Shown in pieces: positions 37,606 to 46,760 of a DNA stretch of 57,309 nt. The stretch comes from a virus. Taxonomy: Duplodnaviria; Caudoviricetes. A program made the position numbers and the translations under genes. Each line of letters begins with the position of its first letter. Position 1 is the first letter of the stretch. The notes under the pieces are model-generated. The model ran no database searches, had not been told where the DNA came from, and saw only the letters and a program-made list of their open reading frames with translations. Where the stretch lies: positions 1 through 57,309 of the IMG/VR virus record IMGVR_UViG_3300033183_000118. One strand, given 5' to 3'.

Positions 37606-37752
37606 TTGTTTGCCTAATCCCGTAAAGTTGCGTCGTTCTTTTTTCTTCACGGGAACACGGTGGTCCGCAGGGTGGGCAACACCAGTGTGTCACTGATATC
37701 CCACACTTGGACGAGCTATACGCCTCATGTCTCATGTCGCTCCTCATGTTTG

Positions 37753-37811
37753 CAGGTGGCACACCCTATGCCACCTGTATCATACGTTATACACATAACA
37801 AGTTATGTCAA
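37753..37811. promoter_or_regulatory. Control region upstream of luxR-int: 9-bp inverted repeat, TGTA-N10-TACA operator (37776-37793), ACATAAC-AA-GTTATGT palindrome, minus-strand TTGACA
   Basis: Motifs read directly in a non-coding gap. Confidence 0.6.
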
Positions 37812-37825
37812 GGTGTTTGTGGGTG

Positions 37826-38302
37826 TTAAAATTCCATCAACCTGTCGCATGCGGTGACTGCATCTCTGAAGTCTGGATAGGCGTGTTCCAATTTGAGGCC
37901 GTCCACTCTGTGCTTGTTTCCTTTAGTGTCCTCGAAGTCGAACTCGGACGACCAACCCTCAACAGTACACACGCAGTAGTCGCCGCCCTTGATGCCAAGC
38001 AAAACAACTTGACCATTCTTCAACTCAGGTATCTCCTTCTGGCTTACCCAACCACCTGCAAGCTGATCCATGCCCTTCTTCCTCGTGTCCACACCATCGA
38101 CACGCTTCATCCAGTATGGCTTGTAGCTCCCCCGACGTTTCTTCTTGGGCGTCACAGACGACCAACCCTCAGAAGTCTTCGCCTCCCACTTGTCTGCAAG
38201 ACCAGAGCCATCCAACTCGTTCCCGATCTGCAAGACGACCTCTTTCTTCTCCTCTTCATCCATGGCCTTGAACAGGCGCATCACAATATTCACAGCTTCC
38301 AT
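37826..38302 (-). CDS. Hypothetical early protein
   Basis: Start MEAVNIV coupled to the upstream stop. Confidence 0.7.
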   Translation of the reverse strand: MEAVNIVMRLFKAMDEEEKKEVVLQIGNELDGSGLADKWEAKTSEGWSSVTPKKKRRGSYKPYWMKRVDGVDTRKKGMDQLAGGWVSQKEIPELKNGQVVLLGIKGGDYCVCTVEGWSSEFDFEDTKGNKHRVDGLKLEHAYPDFRDAVTACDRLMEF

Positions 38303-39471
38303 CACTTCGCTCCTTTGCTTTTCAATTCGTAGTCGTGGACAATCGTGCCGACCTCGGCACTGCCCACCCATTGCTCTTCAATCCACCGCGTAATCACGGT
38401 GCCGTCCTTGCGTCTGTATCGACGCCAATGCCCACGTCTGACGTGCCGACGCTTCTTGCCGCCGCCACCCTTGAACATGCGCTCGTACCTCGTCGTCCCT
38501 CTTGGCTTTGGCAGATCAATCTCCAAAGTGCGCAACTCATTGCGTGGCACAGGCCGACCAAACGCCACGCGTCTGATGCCCTTCTCCAACTTCCGCTCGA
38601 TGACCGTGTGCGGGTAATTAACAAGTGCAAGCACAGCAATTAGGAAGCGCAAGTCGCCAACCCACATGTCAATGGAACTGTTGCGCTGCTCCTGTAGGAA
38701 ATCTTCTGCCCTGCGTCTGTCACTCGCAGACGAACTGCGTGTCGCTGCAACCCAGTCAAGCAGGTGCGCCCCACCAAAGTTGCCCAACGTCAGCAACGTG
38801 CGTTCGAAGACGTCAGTCATCCGCTTTGTGCGCTTGCCACCATGATTGTGAACGTAGATCGGACTAATCAGACGCTCGCCATGCAAGTGCTGATTGGCTC
38901 GCATCAAAGCCTCGTCACTCTTCTGGCCCATCGTAGAGACCAGACGCTCTGGCTCATACAAAATGGGCGCGTCGGGACAAAACTGCACAGAGAACGCAGG
39001 CATTGCGATCTTCCCACCCTTGCCGTCTGGGTTTTCGATGAAGCAAAACTGCTCCACGTCGTAGTGATTAACACCCTTGTCCTTGTTGCGTCTGATGTGC
39101 AGACCAATCGTGTCTTGCCACCTGTCTGGCAAAGGGTCTTCGCCTCGTTCCCATCCCAACTCGTCCATCGTGTCGAACAAAATAGGCATACGCTTCTTGT
39201 CGTCCCACTCAATCCACATGTTGTCGAATGGCGGCACACCAACCTCGAACATGTCGAGCAACGTCTGCGGCGGCGCAAGACTGGCCGTAACCGCATGCTG
39301 CAAAAGACTGTCGCACACGACAAACTTCTGCGCTCCAAGCAAATCGGCACGCGTGGTGCGTGCCGTTGCTGCAATGTGTTTCTTAATCGTTTGGCTCTTC
39401 ACGTCCTTGTGCCAGAACCCACGCTTCGGGTCGCCGCAAGCCGCAACCACCAAGTTGAATAAATCGCTCAT
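38302..39471 (-). CDS. Phage protein with C-terminal RRHVRRGHWR...WI motif
   Basis: 389 aa; GGAGG RBS; basic HxRRGHW motif. Confidence 0.8.
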   Translation of the reverse strand: MSDLFNLVVAACGDPKRGFWHKDVKSQTIKKHIAATARTTRADLLGAQKFVVCDSLLQHAVTASLAPPQTLLDMFEVGVPPFDNMWIEWDDKKRMPILFDTMDELGWERGEDPLPDRWQDTIGLHIRRNKDKGVNHYDVEQFCFIENPDGKGGKIAMPAFSVQFCPDAPILYEPERLVSTMGQKSDEALMRANQHLHGERLISPIYVHNHGGKRTKRMTDVFERTLLTLGNFGGAHLLDWVAATRSSSASDRRRAEDFLQEQRNSSIDMWVGDLRFLIAVLALVNYPHTVIERKLEKGIRRVAFGRPVPRNELRTLEIDLPKPRGTTRYERMFKGGGGKKRRHVRRGHWRRYRRKDGTVITRWIEEQWVGSAEVGTIVHDYELKSKGAK

Positions 39472-39483
39472 GTCTCATCCTCC

Positions 39484-39693
39484 TCACGGTAATGGCATCC
39501 AGTGCGTCACATTCGTGATCGGCTTCCCATGATCCGCCACCCATTGCTGCCGCTTTGGGTTCCACCATGCGCCCGTCACGCCCCAGCGTTCTGATCCGTC
39601 TAGCAAATCTTTGTGGGTATACGACACAAGCACACGCTCAGTTGGCCTGCGTGCGCCCTTCTCAATCTTCGTCCACGGCGGAAGTTTAATCAT
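39484..39693 (-). CDS. Small protein ending VTHWMPLP (DUF551-like tail)
   Basis: C-terminal VTHWMPLP motif. Confidence 0.7.
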   Translation of the reverse strand: MIKLPPWTKIEKGARRPTERVLVSYTHKDLLDGSERWGVTGAWWNPKRQQWVADHGKPITNVTHWMPLP

Positions 39694-39833
39694 GCCTCAT
39701 CCTCCTCGTAGCACAGGAATTTCACGACCAGTGTATGCTCATCCTCTTCGAGTATCTGGATACCCAAGTCAGTCATCGTGCCATCGTCGTCTGTCATCAG
39801 CGAACGCAGCCACTCTTTGATCCGCTCTTTCAT
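39690..39833 (-). CDS. 47-aa acidic hypothetical protein
   Basis: Manually translated; coupled at both ends. Confidence 0.55.
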   Translation of the reverse strand: MKERIKEWLRSLMTDDDGTMTDLGIQILEEDEHTLVVKFLCYEEDEA

Positions 39834-40300
39834 CACTTGTCCTCCACGCTGATGACCCGATACTTGCCGTCGTGCGGATCAAGATGTTTGAAATGGTCTG
39901 GCAGCAGCGCAGACAACGCATCCCGCAGCGCAGTCCCCGCAGTCCCCTGATTGATGAGACCCGCACCCTCGGTCACGTCCAAGACGTAGTCTGCAAGCAC
40001 ACTCACCAGACGCTCGTAATCAGAGCGCGAGTATCTTGCCGTGTCCTCTGGCCACGGCAACTCGCGCAGAGCCATCAGCTTCCTATCCACCTTGGCCTTG
40101 CTCAAGACGCTCGGCGTCTGTATGGCAGGCACACGCTTGGCATAGTCCGCATAAGACGTGGCAGGCTTTGGTGTATACTTCTGTGTATACGTCTTGCGTG
40201 GGGCAGTCGTCTTGGCGGTCGGTGCCTCACGCTCAACTCCGTAGTCTGCGAGCTTGCTGCTCGCGATCTTGTTCACAACATCATTAGCTTGCTTGGTCAT
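39833..40300 (-). CDS. Hypothetical early protein
   Basis: Start MTKQAND after a purine-rich RBS. Confidence 0.65.
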   Translation of the reverse strand: MTKQANDVVNKIASSKLADYGVEREAPTAKTTAPRKTYTQKYTPKPATSYADYAKRVPAIQTPSVLSKAKVDRKLMALRELPWPEDTARYSRSDYERLVSVLADYVLDVTEGAGLINQGTAGTALRDALSALLPDHFKHLDPHDGKYRVISVEDK

Positions 40301-40586
40301 ACTCTCTCTCCTCTGGTAGGGTTTGTGTGCGAAAGAACCCCTGATATTGGGGGTGTTCCCACATGAACAGCCGCGAGTAGTACGGCGTGTAATTGTTAGA
40401 CATCTTGAACTCCTCACCTGTGGTCTCCACGTCTGTGTGCCACCTGATGCGCTCAAAGATTGCCTTGCTGCTGTATTGCTCATGCCCTCTGGCAATCACC
40501 TCAAACGTGAACCGCTTGAACAACTCGTAAATGTGCGGGTTATCTTTGTGATACATCCACCACTTGTGCTTGATACTCACGCTCAT
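40284..40586 (-). CDS. Phage hypothetical protein (HKDNPHIY...FERIRW...NNYTPYYSRLFM)
   Basis: Motif pattern recalled from phage proteins; ATGA coupling. Confidence 0.75.
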   Translation of the reverse strand: MSVSIKHKWWMYHKDNPHIYELFKRFTFEVIARGHEQYSSKAIFERIRWHTDVETTGEEFKMSNNYTPYYSRLFMWEHPQYQGFFRTQTLPEEREYDQAS

Positions 40587-41089
40587 GCCGCCACCTCGTA
40601 GTCTGCCAACCACTCTGGCTGCTCACGCTTGGTCCACTTGTGCAGGTGACGCTTGTCGCATGCGTAATACCAACGGTAACTGGCGACATGACACGACATG
40701 TCGCCGACATGTCGCCTGTAGTCCACCTTGTACTCGTCTGGGATGCAGCGTGGCGGATTGCGCCAACCATTCTCAGGTATCAGACGCGACGCAAGCCCAA
40801 GACTTGGCAGCACCTGCATCGAACCGTGCGCTTTTCCGTACCGTTTGATCCACTCATCAGCCAACGCAACCGCATGGTCCCAACACCACTCGTAGTGCGA
40901 CCGACTGGCCCCAACCCACAAGGTCATGGGATGGTGGACGTGCGTGTCTGCATACCCGCCGACGAACCCGTACTCACGGGCCGACGTGGACATCATCTGA
41001 CAGCACTCAATCAATATCTTCCCGACGTGCTTGTCCGCATAGTAACGCGCAGCCTGATCGGGATCGTCGTGCAAAAAGAATATGTTCAT
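40583..41089 (-). CDS. Pyrimidine-dimer DNA glycosylase / DenV-like family protein
   Basis: MNIFFLHDDP..AA...DKHVGKILIECCQMMST, HHPMTLWV, YRWYY. Confidence 0.7.
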   Translation of the reverse strand: MNIFFLHDDPDQAARYYADKHVGKILIECCQMMSTSAREYGFVGGYADTHVHHPMTLWVGASRSHYEWCWDHAVALADEWIKRYGKAHGSMQVLPSLGLASRLIPENGWRNPPRCIPDEYKVDYRRHVGDMSCHVASYRWYYACDKRHLHKWTKREQPEWLADYEVAA

Positions 41090-41259
41090 ATGTCTAACTC
41101 CTCACATATGGCTTTGATGGTTGATAAATCTGCGTGGCGCACGTTGCGCTCACGCACTCTCTTGGACACTGCCAACCAGAACTTCATGTCCTTGCGTGGA
41201 TGCAGGTGCATCCATGCAGTTCGCACTGTCCACCTCTTGACGCGCGGCCTATACCGCAC
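41086..41259 (-). CDS. 57-aa basic hypothetical protein
   Basis: Manually translated GTG-start ORF filling the gap; ATGA coupling downstream. Confidence 0.4.
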   Translation of the reverse strand: MRYRPRVKRWTVRTAWMHLHPRKDMKFWLAVSKRVRERNVRHADLSTIKAICEELDI

Positions 41260-43132
41260 GGTCAATTAGCTTGCTGTGGTCCAACTCGACACGCTCACCA
41301 AGAAGTATCTTGGAAAGCTGACCCATGACCTCACCCTCCAGATCGCTGATGCGATGGACCACGACGTGATTGGTGTAGAAGTGATTGACGGCGTCGCTCT
41401 GGATGCCAATGCCCACGATGTCAGTGCCACTGGCCTCGATGTCACTCACGACACGACGCAGGTGGTCACGCATCTTGACCATCGAACTCATGGCCGCAGG
41501 ATACCCATCGCTCAAGACCATCATCACCTTGCGCTTCTCGGGTCTGTCTTGCAGCCTGTCGAACGCAAGCTGCACAGCCTCGCCGTCTGTGTTGTCACCA
41601 ATGGCAAGGTCAACCATGCTTGCGATGCTGCCCTTGGCCTCGAACAGACGCTCGTTGAACTGCTTGAACACAGCCATGTTGAGCGGCTGCAAGCGACCCC
41701 ACTCGCGCTCCTCGTCCTTGCCGACGATTTCACTCACACGCTTGCGAAGCTCTGGGTGTATCTCGCCGTAGAAGTCATTCACGAAGCCAAGCATCTCGTA
41801 CTTGATACCAGTGCGATCAATGGCCTCGGCAATCGCAATGGCACACTGACGTGCAGTGTGGATCGGCGTGCCTGACATGCTGCCACTCAGGTCAATCAGC
41901 AAGCTGACCGCCGTGTCCATGTCGTGTCTGTCGGTGCGCGTCTTGAACACATTCTGGCGACCCGCAACCGCAGCAGTCAGACGCTTGGTGTCAAGACGCC
42001 CATGCTCTTTGGCCACATCCCAGTCACGCGTCTGCTTGGAAATCAGCGCACGCTCCAACTTGCGGCGCAGCATGTTGATGGTGCCGCTCATGCTCGCAAG
42101 CACCCTGTCGTACACATCGGCGTCGTACTTGCTCATAACGTAGTGGCCGAGATTGTAGCGTTGCTTGCGACCGTACTTGTTTGGCTCGTCATTGCGATGC
42201 CACCAACGGTCGAACTCTGTCGACAGCACACGATAGGTGCCACGACCACCACCCGCAAGCTCACGCTGTATGCTCTTGAGTGCTACTTCTGATCCGAAGT
42301 CGTCGTATACGTCATCCACAGCAGCGTCACCCTCGGCGGCGTCTCCGTCCCCGTCGCCATCATCAGGCTTGTCGCCTTCTGAAACATCGCTTCCCTCTGG
42401 CTTGTCGGTCCCGTCCATGTCTGGGTCATGTCCACGCCATTCTCCGTCGCCCATCTCGCCGTCAGCGTCCCCACCTTCTCCATCGCGCTCTCCTGTCTCG
42501 CTGTCACGCTCACTGCGGATGCGTGCTTCTAGCTCCTCGGCAAGGCTGAACACCTCGCCACTGTTCTTGCAGCCCAAGACGCGCTCGGCATACTCACGCG
42601 CCATGGCTGCGATGTCGTGGTCAATCATGTTGAGGCACTGCTCGTTCGTGTCGCCGCCGTAGCTCTCACGTCCTGCCCACGTCACACTCACTGGCCCCAC
42701 GAATACTGGGTCGCCAAGACGTGCGTCGTCCTCTGGCACACTGGCGATGAACTCACGATTGACAGCCTCAGACGTAGCACGCAGGTTGATCTCGGAACCT
42801 GGGTATTCCTCACGCACCTTGCTCTCCAACCACACGTCTTCGAGTGCGTTGGCACACGAGTGCAGCAACTTGTTGTCCTTCATCTTATCCGCATTGCGCT
42901 TCAGCACGCTGAAGTCTGTGTGGCGCACATGCCCTGCCTCATGGTCGACATACCCACGCATGATAGCTGCTTGCTCCTCGGTCACGTCTGCGTTCAGGTC
43001 AATCGCAGGTAGCTTGACCGTGGTGCCGTTCGTGGCTGCGCCGTCACCGTCAAACACAACCTCGATGTTTTTCTTGCGGCCAAACACGCTCGATGTCTTG
43101 GCTAGTTCGTTTGTGAAAATGTTCGCTTTCAT
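41249..43132 (-). CDS. CobT-like VWA-domain protein with N-terminal HExxH domain and acidic linker
   Basis: RGYVDHEAGH...NALED; D/G-rich linker; GRLD, LLIDLSGSM, DNTDGEA, VLSDGYP MIDAS. Confidence 0.85.
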   Translation of the reverse strand: MKANIFTNELAKTSSVFGRKKNIEVVFDGDGAATNGTTVKLPAIDLNADVTEEQAAIMRGYVDHEAGHVRHTDFSVLKRNADKMKDNKLLHSCANALEDVWLESKVREEYPGSEINLRATSEAVNREFIASVPEDDARLGDPVFVGPVSVTWAGRESYGGDTNEQCLNMIDHDIAAMAREYAERVLGCKNSGEVFSLAEELEARIRSERDSETGERDGEGGDADGEMGDGEWRGHDPDMDGTDKPEGSDVSEGDKPDDGDGDGDAAEGDAAVDDVYDDFGSEVALKSIQRELAGGGRGTYRVLSTEFDRWWHRNDEPNKYGRKQRYNLGHYVMSKYDADVYDRVLASMSGTINMLRRKLERALISKQTRDWDVAKEHGRLDTKRLTAAVAGRQNVFKTRTDRHDMDTAVSLLIDLSGSMSGTPIHTARQCAIAIAEAIDRTGIKYEMLGFVNDFYGEIHPELRKRVSEIVGKDEEREWGRLQPLNMAVFKQFNERLFEAKGSIASMVDLAIGDNTDGEAVQLAFDRLQDRPEKRKVMMVLSDGYPAAMSSMVKMRDHLRRVVSDIEASGTDIVGIGIQSDAVNHFYTNHVVVHRISDLEGEVMGQLSKILLGERVELDHSKLIDRAV

Positions 43133-43144
43133 GTTCGTCACTCC

Positions 43145-44941
43145 TTACGAAAACACACGCTTGGCCAAGCCGTTCAGCACCGCACGGTCCTGCACACTGG
43201 CTCGGTCGAGGACAGTTGCCTCAAGCGCCTGATTGGTTGCGTCTGACATGCCCATCTGCGTGAACATCTCCGTCGCCTTGGCGAAAGCGAGGAAGGTGCG
43301 TGGACTGATTGGCTGCAAGACTTTGGCTGTCGTGAACGCCTCAAGGTGTTCGCCGACGTACTGGTTGACACGCTTGAGCAAGTCACCACCAAGCGTTGGC
43401 GCATTGGCTGCGATCAGCTTCTCGCGATCCGAGGCACTCATGTACTCAACCTTGACCCACACGGTGAAGCGGTCGAGCAATGCCATCGACTGCGGTCTGG
43501 CACCCTGATACATGCCATGCTCATCACCCTGACCCACAGTGTTGCCTGTCGCAAACATGCGGAACATCTTGTGTGGCTTCACAATGCGACCGCCATCCTC
43601 GGTGAGCATGAGGCCGTTGCCCTCGAACGCACGCTGCATGACGTAGGCAACATCTGGTCTGACGAAGTCGATCTCGTCGAAGATGCCGATGTATGGCCCC
43701 GACATCATCTGCGGCAGAATACCGTCCACGAACGTCGACGTGGTGGCACCGTCCTCAGACGACAAGACGTCACGACCGATGAGGTCCATGCGTGTGATCT
43801 CGCTGTCGAAGTTGACGCGCATGACTGGCCAGTTCAGCACGGCAGCAACCTGCTCCACGAGCGTGGTCTTGCCTGTGCCTGTGTGACCGTGCAGATACGC
43901 ACGTTGGTTGGTGATGACCGCATACAAGACGCGGAACAACTCGAACGGACGGAAGATGTAGTTGGGGTCACGCGCTGGCACATGCGGATGCGGTGCATCC
44001 CACTGCCACACTGGCACGTCGAAGTTCAGCGTGGCCTTGGCACCCGAAGACGTCAGGCCGAACACCTCATACGCTTTGGCCGTCGTGACCTTGCCTGTTG
44101 GCATCTTGCCGTCTGGCGTGACCTCGACCTCGGTCGGCACACTTGGCATGACCGCAGCCTTGGCCGCAGCCGATGCGGCTGCAAGGTCGCTCGTGAGCTT
44201 GTCGATCTGGTCGAGCATGGTGTTGATGCTCGGAAGCGATGCGGCAGACAGCATGGCGTCGATCATCTTGGCCTCGCCTGCGTCTGGTCGCTTGGACTTG
44301 GCCTCTGGCGTTGGTGTCGGCTCCGCCTCTGGCTCATCAAGGATGCGCTTGGCGATACCTCTGGCACTGGCCGCATGCTCGCTCGACAGATACGGTGGCT
44401 CGGTCGGTGTCTCGTCACGAATGCGAATGGCGTCGAGTGCGGCTTCGAGCTTGCCGAGCTTCACGTCTGTGTGTATACGCATGGCCTCCTTGATGATCGT
44501 CAGCGGTGCCTTCGTGTGGAACGTGACGTGGTCGATGATGTCGATGAGTTCGGATAGGTTCATGTCGGTATCTCTCTCCAGTTTGCTCGCTTCTTCGATG
44601 ATCGCGGCGCATGACGCCTCGTTGAAGTGGTCGGGACGACCGATGTCGTACCCGTGCTTCGTACCGTGGCTCTCGATGCCTCGGTTCTCAGGGTCGATGA
44701 GCGCGTCGCAGACGTCGTGGACGGTCACTGCGCCTGAGACGAGGCCGATCAGTGTCTGCATGCTCATGTTGTCGCGAAGCGCGGCATACGACGGTTTGAG
44801 GTCGAATGGCCCGCGAGCTATCGCGTCTTTGACCTTGCTCTCGTAGAGCTTGAGGTCGGCTGACACTGCATTGCGCATGAGCTTGCGCCGTTCGGCGAAC
44901 GGCTTGCTCATCGTGTCTTGGATGAACTTGAGGTTCTTCAT
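43145..44941 (-). CDS. CobS-like MoxR-family AAA+ ATPase with long N-terminal extension
   Basis: GHTGTGKT, RVNFDSEITRMDLIG, GIFDEID, FRMFATGNT, ALLDRF, ISPRT. Confidence 0.88.
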   Translation of the reverse strand: MKNLKFIQDTMSKPFAERRKLMRNAVSADLKLYESKVKDAIARGPFDLKPSYAALRDNMSMQTLIGLVSGAVTVHDVCDALIDPENRGIESHGTKHGYDIGRPDHFNEASCAAIIEEASKLERDTDMNLSELIDIIDHVTFHTKAPLTIIKEAMRIHTDVKLGKLEAALDAIRIRDETPTEPPYLSSEHAASARGIAKRILDEPEAEPTPTPEAKSKRPDAGEAKMIDAMLSAASLPSINTMLDQIDKLTSDLAAASAAAKAAVMPSVPTEVEVTPDGKMPTGKVTTAKAYEVFGLTSSGAKATLNFDVPVWQWDAPHPHVPARDPNYIFRPFELFRVLYAVITNQRAYLHGHTGTGKTTLVEQVAAVLNWPVMRVNFDSEITRMDLIGRDVLSSEDGATTSTFVDGILPQMMSGPYIGIFDEIDFVRPDVAYVMQRAFEGNGLMLTEDGGRIVKPHKMFRMFATGNTVGQGDEHGMYQGARPQSMALLDRFTVWVKVEYMSASDREKLIAANAPTLGGDLLKRVNQYVGEHLEAFTTAKVLQPISPRTFLAFAKATEMFTQMGMSDATNQALEATVLDRASVQDRAVLNGLAKRVFS

Positions 44942-45348
44942 CACGTCTCCTCCGTGATTTGGGTTGGATTGAAATTCGAGGCATTCTGCCCCACCTGATA
45001 ACCCCTTTTAGGGGGAAGCGCGTGCCGCGCGAGGACACCTTCCGACACCTCACATGTATAACGTGCTATACAGGGTGTCAAGGGTGTCTCTTTCGTGAGT
45101 GTGACGGTGTCGCCGACGCTTGCGATGCGTTTGACGTCTTTGATCGACACTCTGCGGTCGCCTCTGGCCGTGACGTAGAAGCGAACCTTGGTGGCAACGC
45201 CGTTGACGTAAGCGTTGACCTCGACCTTCTCGCGAAGGCTTGCGTAGTCGATGCCGTAGGCGTCGAGCGCCCAAGACCTCACCGACGCGTTGGCGTCGAT
45301 GATGTGCTTGTCGAGCATCGTGCGAGTGAGTTTGATCGTCGCGCTCAT
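44941..45348 (-). CDS. Small protein resembling the N-terminal DNA-binding domain of MvaI/BcnI-family proteins
   Basis: LTRTMLDKHIIDANASVR...RGDRRVSI...VGD pattern (recalled similarity). Confidence 0.45.
   Translation of the reverse strand: MSATIKLTRTMLDKHIIDANASVRSWALDAYGIDYASLREKVEVNAYVNGVATKVRFYVTARGDRRVSIKDVKRIASVGDTVTLTKETPLTPCIARYTCEVSEGVLARHALPPKRGYQVGQNASNFNPTQITEET
45055..45081 (-). promoter_or_regulatory. TGTA-N10-TACA operator (45055-45072) overlapping a leftward TTGACA promoter for the AAA+/VWA genes
   Basis: TGTATAACGTGCTATACAGGGTGTCAA. Confidence 0.65.
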
Positions 45349-45653
45349 GCTTCGGCTTCCTTGTATTCGAGGTCGCTTGCGTTGAGCGTGTGGACTTCGT
45401 CTTCGATCTCGATGCGTCGGAAGCATCCGCCCTCTTGGTTGGCCACGGTCACGAGGTCGTCCACGGATGTGAACCCTCGCCAGTTGATGAGGTCGTCGTC
45501 GTATGCGTCGTATATCTCGCAGAGGTAGTCGATCAGATACGCAAGCGTGCCGTCGTGAGCTTGCTCTCGTGTGGCTCCGACGATTGGGGTCGACCATGTT
45601 TCGTCGCCCTCGAATGTGATTGTCCAGACGTGTACGTTGATTTGCTTAGTCAT
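45345..45653 (-). CDS. Acidic hypothetical early protein
   Basis: Start MTKQINV with GGAGG RBS. Confidence 0.65.
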   Translation of the reverse strand: MTKQINVHVWTITFEGDETWSTPIVGATREQAHDGTLAYLIDYLCEIYDAYDDDLINWRGFTSVDDLVTVANQEGGCFRRIEIEDEVHTLNASDLEYKEAEA

Positions 45654-45655
45654 GC

Positions 45656-45928
45656 TTAGTCCCTCCATGGCATGAACACGCACTCGCCATGAATGCGCTC
45701 GCCCGTGTATGTGATGAATGTTTCGCCGCAGCCTGTGACCCAGTTGATGCCCACCCATGCGAACATCAGCCCGAGTATGGCCGCGATGAGGATGTTGCCG
45801 ATGGTCTCGACGATGCGCTCGCGACGGCGTTGTTTGATCTCGCGTTCGAGCGCCTTGAGGACGATGTCGGCTTTGCCCTCGCCCATGTGGGCGTTGGTGT
45901 AGGTGTTGTCGTCGTGTCGGTATGTCAT
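45656..45928 (-). CDS. Small single-TM early protein
   Basis: AGGAG RBS; ILIAAILGLMFAWVGINW TM helix; two Cys. Confidence 0.7.
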   Translation of the reverse strand: MTYRHDDNTYTNAHMGEGKADIVLKALEREIKQRRRERIVETIGNILIAAILGLMFAWVGINWVTGCGETFITYTGERIHGECVFMPWRD

Positions 45929-45952
45929 GTGCGTGTCTCCTGTGATTTGGCA

Positions 45953-45986
45953 CAAAAAAAACCCCCCACGCGGATGCGTGAGGGGT
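45953..45986 (-). terminator. Rho-independent terminator after the first early gene
   Basis: Minus strand ACCCCTCACGC-ATCC-GCGTGGGGGGT followed by a T run. Confidence 0.8.
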
Positions 45987-46003
45987 CATGCAGGTGTGTG
46001 TGA

Positions 46004-46381
46004 TTATGCGCGCGCTTTGGTCAGCGCCTTGAAGAACGCCGCCATTTGGACTTCGTCCAAGTCGGCGAGTTGGGCCACCAACGCGTCCATGTCGTTCGCG
46101 GGCGTCTTGGCCTTCGGCTTCGCCTTCGCAGGCTTGGCCTTCGGCTTGGCGGCAGCCTTCGGCTGTTCGTCGCGTGCGACCGCCGACCAATCGCCAGAGC
46201 CTCGCGCAGTCACGCGGTCGAGGCGACCCGCGTCGATGTCGGCCAACAGGCGCGTCCAGCGCACGCGTTTGTTGGTCTCGCACTTGGCCGCGACAGCGTC
46301 GCGGATTTTCTTGCGTGCAGGCGCGGTTTTCGCGTTTGCGTATGCGGCTGCGTGATCTTTGGCGGAAAATAGTTTGGTCAT
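46004..46381 (-). CDS. Basic Ala/Lys-rich protein, first gene of the early operon
   Basis: 125 aa; AAGGAG RBS; KPKAKPAKAKPKAK histone-like linker. Confidence 0.8.
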   Translation of the reverse strand: MTKLFSAKDHAAAYANAKTAPARKKIRDAVAAKCETNKRVRWTRLLADIDAGRLDRVTARGSGDWSAVARDEQPKAAAKPKAKPAKAKPKAKTPANDMDALVAQLADLDEVQMAAFFKALTKARA

Positions 46382-46463
46382 CGCGTGTACTCCTTCGCGT
46401 TACGGGCCGAGAACAGCCTCGGCCTCCACCCGAGAAGCCCCTTTGGGGACCGCGCGTAGGCGC

Positions 46464-46494
46464 GGACGACGCGATATGCGCGAGAAGTTAAACT
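46464..46494 (+). promoter_or_regulatory. Putative late promoter GGACGA-N19-TAAACT (packaging operon)
   Basis: Motif copy in the early/late divergent gap. Confidence 0.65.
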
Positions 46495-46760
46495 GTTGAA
46501 TAGACTGATGTTGCCCCTTTTAGGGGCAGTGTTCAGGCGCAAGCGAGGGGTCGAGCCGAAACGTCTCGGCCCTGAAAGGGCCACACACACCCGTAGGAAG
46601 GGAGCGAAAACCGTGCAAAATCAGTGCCTTAGCCTCGCATGTGTCAGCCATTTGCCATGCAAGTGGTCATATGCGCGTGAGGGGGGCGGGGGGCGATCCG
46701 CCGCCGACGTTTTTGCGTTAGATGTCACCTCCCCTACCGCGCGAGCAATCGGAGCAAATT

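Noticed and set aside
43346-44846. Long plus-strand ORFs (403 aa, 294 aa) opposite the AAA+ gene
   Set aside because: Antisense shadows of a codon-biased gene; no RBS or motifs
41249-44941. Assigning gene symbols cobS/cobT as a cobalamin pathway
   Set aside because: No cobN or other B12 genes, and the domain architecture differs; kept as 'like' only
45345-46283. 312-aa and 218-aa (44941-45597) early ORF calls at full length
   Set aside because: The upstream parts overlap other genes or a terminator out of frame; likely starts are 45653 and 45348
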